Notes under the pieces: model-generated
The model's input: the letters and a program-made list of their open reading frames with translations, nothing else
Database searches by the model: none
Told to the model about the DNA's origin: nothing
Shown here: one piece after another, positions 61,007 to 64,000 of the stretch
How positions within the stretch are numbered: position 1 is the stretch's first letter
Layout of the letters: every line of letters begins with the position of its first letter
Translations under genes and position numbers: made by a program
DNA from: Actinomycetota bacterium
GTDB lineage: Bacteria; Actinomycetota; Thermoleophilia; Gaiellales; Gaiellaceae
DNA length: 64,000 nucleotides
Direction of reading: 5' to 3'
NCBI GenBank assembly: GCA_046727655.1
Contig: JBKPDB010000043.1
Span: 111 to 64,110, forward strand

Positions 61007-61900
61007 ATGACGGAGCTGCACTTCGGCCCGGCCCGCGTGCCCTCGCGAGAAAGCCCCGAGGAGGCGATCGCCCTGCTCTCGGAGCGAGGCCACACCGCGT
61101 GCGAGATCGACTTCGAGGGCAAGTTCTGGATGGACTACGACTGGGCGGAGCGCTTCGGGGAGCTCGCTCGGGCGGCCGACATCGTCCTCTCGGTCCACGC
61201 TCCGATCGCCGGCTTCATGGGCCACGCCGAGCGCGGCCGGAAGCTCAACATGGCCGTCGGCATGCTCGACCACTCGGCGGGGATCGCCAAGGCGTCCGGA
61301 GCCGAGCTCGTCGTCTTCCATCCCGGCTTCCTGCTCGGCCGCGAACGCGACGCGGCGATCGACTCCGTGGTCGAGCAGCTGGGCGAGCTGCGCGAGCGGC
61401 TTGAGAAAAAGGACCGGGCCGTGCCGTTCGGTGTCGAGATCATGGGCCGCGTCCGTGAGCTCGGGACCGCAGAGGACGTCTTCGCGATCTCGTCACGGCA
61501 GGGCTGGGTCCGCCCTGTGCTCGACTTCGCGCACCTCCACGCCGTCACCGACGGCGGCTTCACCGAGGCGCCCGCTTTCGCCGCTGTGCTCGCAGGCGCC
61601 GACGCGGTGATGGAACCGGACGCGCCGTTCCACGTTCACTTCTCGGACATCGCCTTCGCGAACCGCAACGAGACGAAGCACCTTCCCTACGGGGAGGGGA
61701 CGCTGCGCGTCGCTCCGCTCGGGGAGGCGCTGCGGGCGTTCGACCGTCCGGCGACGGTGATCAGCGAGTCACCGGACCTCGAATCGACGCAGGCGATCCG
61801 CGACGAGCTCTACGCGGCGGTGGGCACGCGCTCGGCGAGCCGCGCCTCGAGCTCGACAGCCTCCGCGCCGCGGTCCCGCGCGCGCAGGAACTCCGCGTAG
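61007..61900 (+). CDS. Xylose-isomerase-like TIM-barrel protein (sugar phosphate isomerase/epimerase or endonuclease IV-like)
   Basis: 297 aa: ...LSVHAP....L......R......M......A...GA..VVFHPG....E......LDFAH.H...: pattern of the AP_endonuc_2 / TIM-barrel family. The last ~30 codons overlap the convergent gene. Confidence 0.6.
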   Translation: MTELHFGPARVPSRESPEEAIALLSERGHTACEIDFEGKFWMDYDWAERFGELARAADIVLSVHAPIAGFMGHAERGRKLNMAVGMLDHSAGIAKASGAELVVFHPGFLLGRERDAAIDSVVEQLGELRERLEKKDRAVPFGVEIMGRVRELGTAEDVFAISSRQGWVRPVLDFAHLHAVTDGGFTEAPAFAAVLAGADAVMEPDAPFHVHFSDIAFANRNETKHLPYGEGTLRVAPLGEALRAFDRPATVISESPDLESTQAIRDELYAAVGTRSASRASSSTASAPRSRARRNSA

Positions 61901-64000
61901 GCCGGCAGCACATCCAGCAGCACGCGGCAGTACTCGCTGCCATCGATGATCTCCACCGCCTCCTGGAAGAGCGTCTCGGCTTCCTCGTCGCGCCCCTGCG
62001 CCGCACGAACCTGAGCCAGCGCCACGCGTGTCGTCGCGCGTGAGGTCAGGTCCTCTGCGCTGACCGTCTCGCGCGAGGCGAGCGCGTACTTCTCCGCTTC
62101 GTCGATGCGCCCCTCGGCCAACAGGATCTGCGCGAGGAGGCGCTGGCTCTCGCACATCGTGCCGCGTTCCTGCATCGGCGCGAGCAAGCGGATCGATTCG
62201 CGCAGGAGCTTCTCCGCCTTGGCCGGATTGCCCGTCTTCCAGGCCACGAGCGCCAGCTGCCTGGACGTCCAGGCGATCTCGGACGCCGACGCCGCCTCAC
62301 GGTAGAGGTCGAGTGCCTTCGTGAACCAGCCTTCGGCCTCTTCGAGCTCGCCTCGCACACGATGGAGCTGGCCCTTCGACTGTGCCGCGCTCGCGCGTGC
62401 GACGATGCTGCCGCTCTCGTCGGCCAACTCGAGCGCCCGGGCGATGAGCGGCTCGGCTTTGTCTTCCTCCATGCGACCGATGTGGATCCCCGCCAGCTGG
62501 AGCGCCGCCCTCGCCTCGTAGTCCTTCCGCCCGGCTGCACGTGCCGCCTCGAGCGCCTGCTCTTCGTACTCCTCGCCTTCGGACTCGCGCCCGGCCCAGC
62601 GGGCGACACGCGCGCGCCGGTCGAGCGCGGTGAAACGGCCCTCGTGGTCGTCGGGCTCGACGACTTCGAGCGCCGCGTCTGCGAGCTCCGCTGCCCGGCC
62701 GAGCTCGCCGTCGAGCGAGGCCGCGACTTCGGAGAGCGCGGTCAACGCCCGACTCTGAATGGCGCGATCGCCCTCGATCTCGGCCTGGTCGGCGAGCACG
62801 GTCATCTCGTCGCGAACCACCGGTAGATCGGCCAGCTGCCACGCGGCGCGTGCCGCGAGGAATCGCCGGCCGAGCGTCGGCTCGAGCTCCACGGAGCGCG
62901 TGAGGAGCTTGCGGGCCGCCAGGTTCGACTCGCGAGCCAGAGCCCTCTTGCCGGCAGCTTCGAGTGCCTTCGCCGCTTCCCGCGCGAGCTCCTCGGGTGC
63001 CTCGCCGTCGAGCTCCGCGTAGAGCCGGCAGGCTTGGTCGAGGTGGTACGCCCGGATCTCGAGCAGCTCCTTGTCGGCCTTCTGCCGCAACCACTCGGAG
63101 AATCGCGTGTGGTATTCGGCGCGACCCGATTTCGACAGGCCGCCGTACGAGACCTCGCGGATCAACCCGTGCTTGAAGCGGTACGCCGATTCGCCCGTGA
63201 TCGTCGAACGCTCCTCGCGCGTGACGAAATCACGCAGGAGCAGGTCGTCGAGGATGTCCTCGAGCTCGTCGGCGTCGTACTCCGGGGAGAGGTAGTCGAT
63301 CGCGCCCGCCCAGAAGACGCGCCCGATCACGGAGCCGCGCTGCAGCACGATCTTCTGGCCCGCCGGCAGGCGGTCGATGCGCGCGCCGATCAGCGCCTGC
63401 AGCGAATCTGGGATGCGGTCGCCGCCGTCCGTCCCTTGCTCGAGCAGCATCCGCACGATCTCCTCGACGAACAGCGGGTTGCCCTCGGTCTTGTCGAGCA
63501 GCCGTGCCTGCACCTTGTCGGAGACGTCGTGCTCGGCCAGCAGGGCGTCGGCGAGCCGCTCGCTCTCGTCACGCGGCAGCGGCTCGAGCTCGATCGCGGT
63601 CGATCGGACACGTCCGCCGCCCCACCCCGGCCGCACGTCGAGCAGCTCCGGTCGAGCAAGACAGATGATCAGGAGCGCGCGCTCGCGCACCCATTGCGCC
63701 AGGTGGTCGATCAGCTCGAGCAGCGGCTCCTCGGCCCAGTGGATGTCCTCGAACACCATCACGAGGGGCTGGACGTCGGCCAGCTCGTCGACGAACTCGC
63801 GCGCCGCCCAGGCGATCTCCGGCTGGCCGCGCTGCCCCTCGACCGCCTCCATCACGCCGCTGGCGAGACCGAGGAGCTCGGCGATCGCTTCGTCGCCGCA
63901 GCACTCGATCAGCTTCTCGCGCGCCCGTTCCATCGGGTCGTCGTCGGTGATCCCGGCCGCCGCCTTCACCATCTCCGCGAGCGGCCAGTAGGTGACTCCC
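61810..64000 (-). CDS. STAND-type AAA ATPase with C-terminal TPR repeats (C-terminal ~730 aa; gene continues beyond the right edge)
   Basis: The frame stays open to position 64000 (…GVTYWPLAEMVKAAAGI…). LVMVFEDIHWAEEPLLELIDHL..W.....LLIICLARPELL...LEPLPRDESERL...TEGNPLFVEEIV is typical of MalT/AfsR-like regulators often fused to cyclase or LuxR domains. TPR repeats follow. Confidence 0.7.
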   Translation of the reverse strand, partial: GVTYWPLAEMVKAAAGITDDDPMERAREKLIECCGDEAIAELLGLASGVMEAVEGQRGQPEIAWAAREFVDELADVQPLVMVFEDIHWAEEPLLELIDHLAQWVRERALLIICLARPELLDVRPGWGGGRVRSTAIELEPLPRDESERLADALLAEHDVSDKVQARLLDKTEGNPLFVEEIVRMLLEQGTDGGDRIPDSLQALIGARIDRLPAGQKIVLQRGSVIGRVFWAGAIDYLSPEYDADELEDILDDLLLRDFVTREERSTITGESAYRFKHGLIREVSYGGLSKSGRAEYHTRFSEWLRQKADKELLEIRAYHLDQACRLYAELDGEAPEELAREAAKALEAAGKRALARESNLAARKLLTRSVELEPTLGRRFLAARAAWQLADLPVVRDEMTVLADQAEIEGDRAIQSRALTALSEVAASLDGELGRAAELADAALEVVEPDDHEGRFTALDRRARVARWAGRESEGEEYEEQALEAARAAGRKDYEARAALQLAGIHIGRMEEDKAEPLIARALELADESGSIVARASAAQSKGQLHRVRGELEEAEGWFTKALDLYREAASASEIAWTSRQLALVAWKTGNPAKAEKLLRESIRLLAPMQERGTMCESQRLLAQILLAEGRIDEAEKYALASRETVSAEDLTSRATTRVALAQVRAAQGRDEEAETLFQEAVEIIDGSEYCRVLLDVLPAYAEFLRARDRGAEAVELEARLAERVPTAA

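Overview
High-GC (about 70%) chromosomal segment. Gene content and codon style suggest a deep-branching Actinomycetota (Thermoleophilia/Rubrobacteria-like); that placement is inference only. I call about 70 tightly packed protein genes with many stop/start overlaps. By eye I saw no rRNA, tRNA or CRISPR array. Left to right: end of the dcw cluster (murE'-ftsI-ftsL-rsmH-mraZ with a clean MraZ operator); ECF sigma coupled to ogt; a DRG-like GTPase; an atypical OmpR-type regulator; a UbiB kinase; an MprF-C-domain protein; secDF-yajC-tgt-GNAT-queA; a DPPR-synthase-like prenyltransferase; an OmpR/HK pair; hbd, thiolase and ALDH; zinc-ribbon/SPOR proteins; a small lower-GC patch with a REP-associated tyrosine transposase (RAYT) abutting fused pafBC; a decayed GAF-histidine kinase; queG; a four-gene operon of metallophosphoesterase, cDPG synthetase, 2-phosphoglycerate kinase and glpX; hpt; mntH; and an M23 peptidase. 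An ~11 kb minus-strand gene train follows. It holds a cbb3 oxidase (ccoN, fused ccoO/P), small membrane ORFs, an ABM protein, a 1065-aa divergent heme-copper-oxidase paralog, and variant System I cytochrome c maturation genes (Cys-type ccmE, ccmF, no ccmH). The window ends with a second OmpR/HK pair, a beta-propeller protein, a class III cyclase, a TIM-barrel protein and a STAND/TPR ATPase that runs off the right edge. Most notable are: (1) the divergent oxidase paralog, which has two canonical His ligands replaced and a ~575-aa membrane extension; (2) the archaeal-type cyclic 2,3-diphosphoglycerate operon with a coupled metallophosphoesterase; (3) a 21-nt REP-like palindrome family (4 copies, each just 3' of a gene), one copy directly upstream of a RAYT gene; (4) the CxxxY CcmE variant. 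All homology calls come from reading the translations, with no database search. Many long antisense ORFs in the track are high-GC artefacts.
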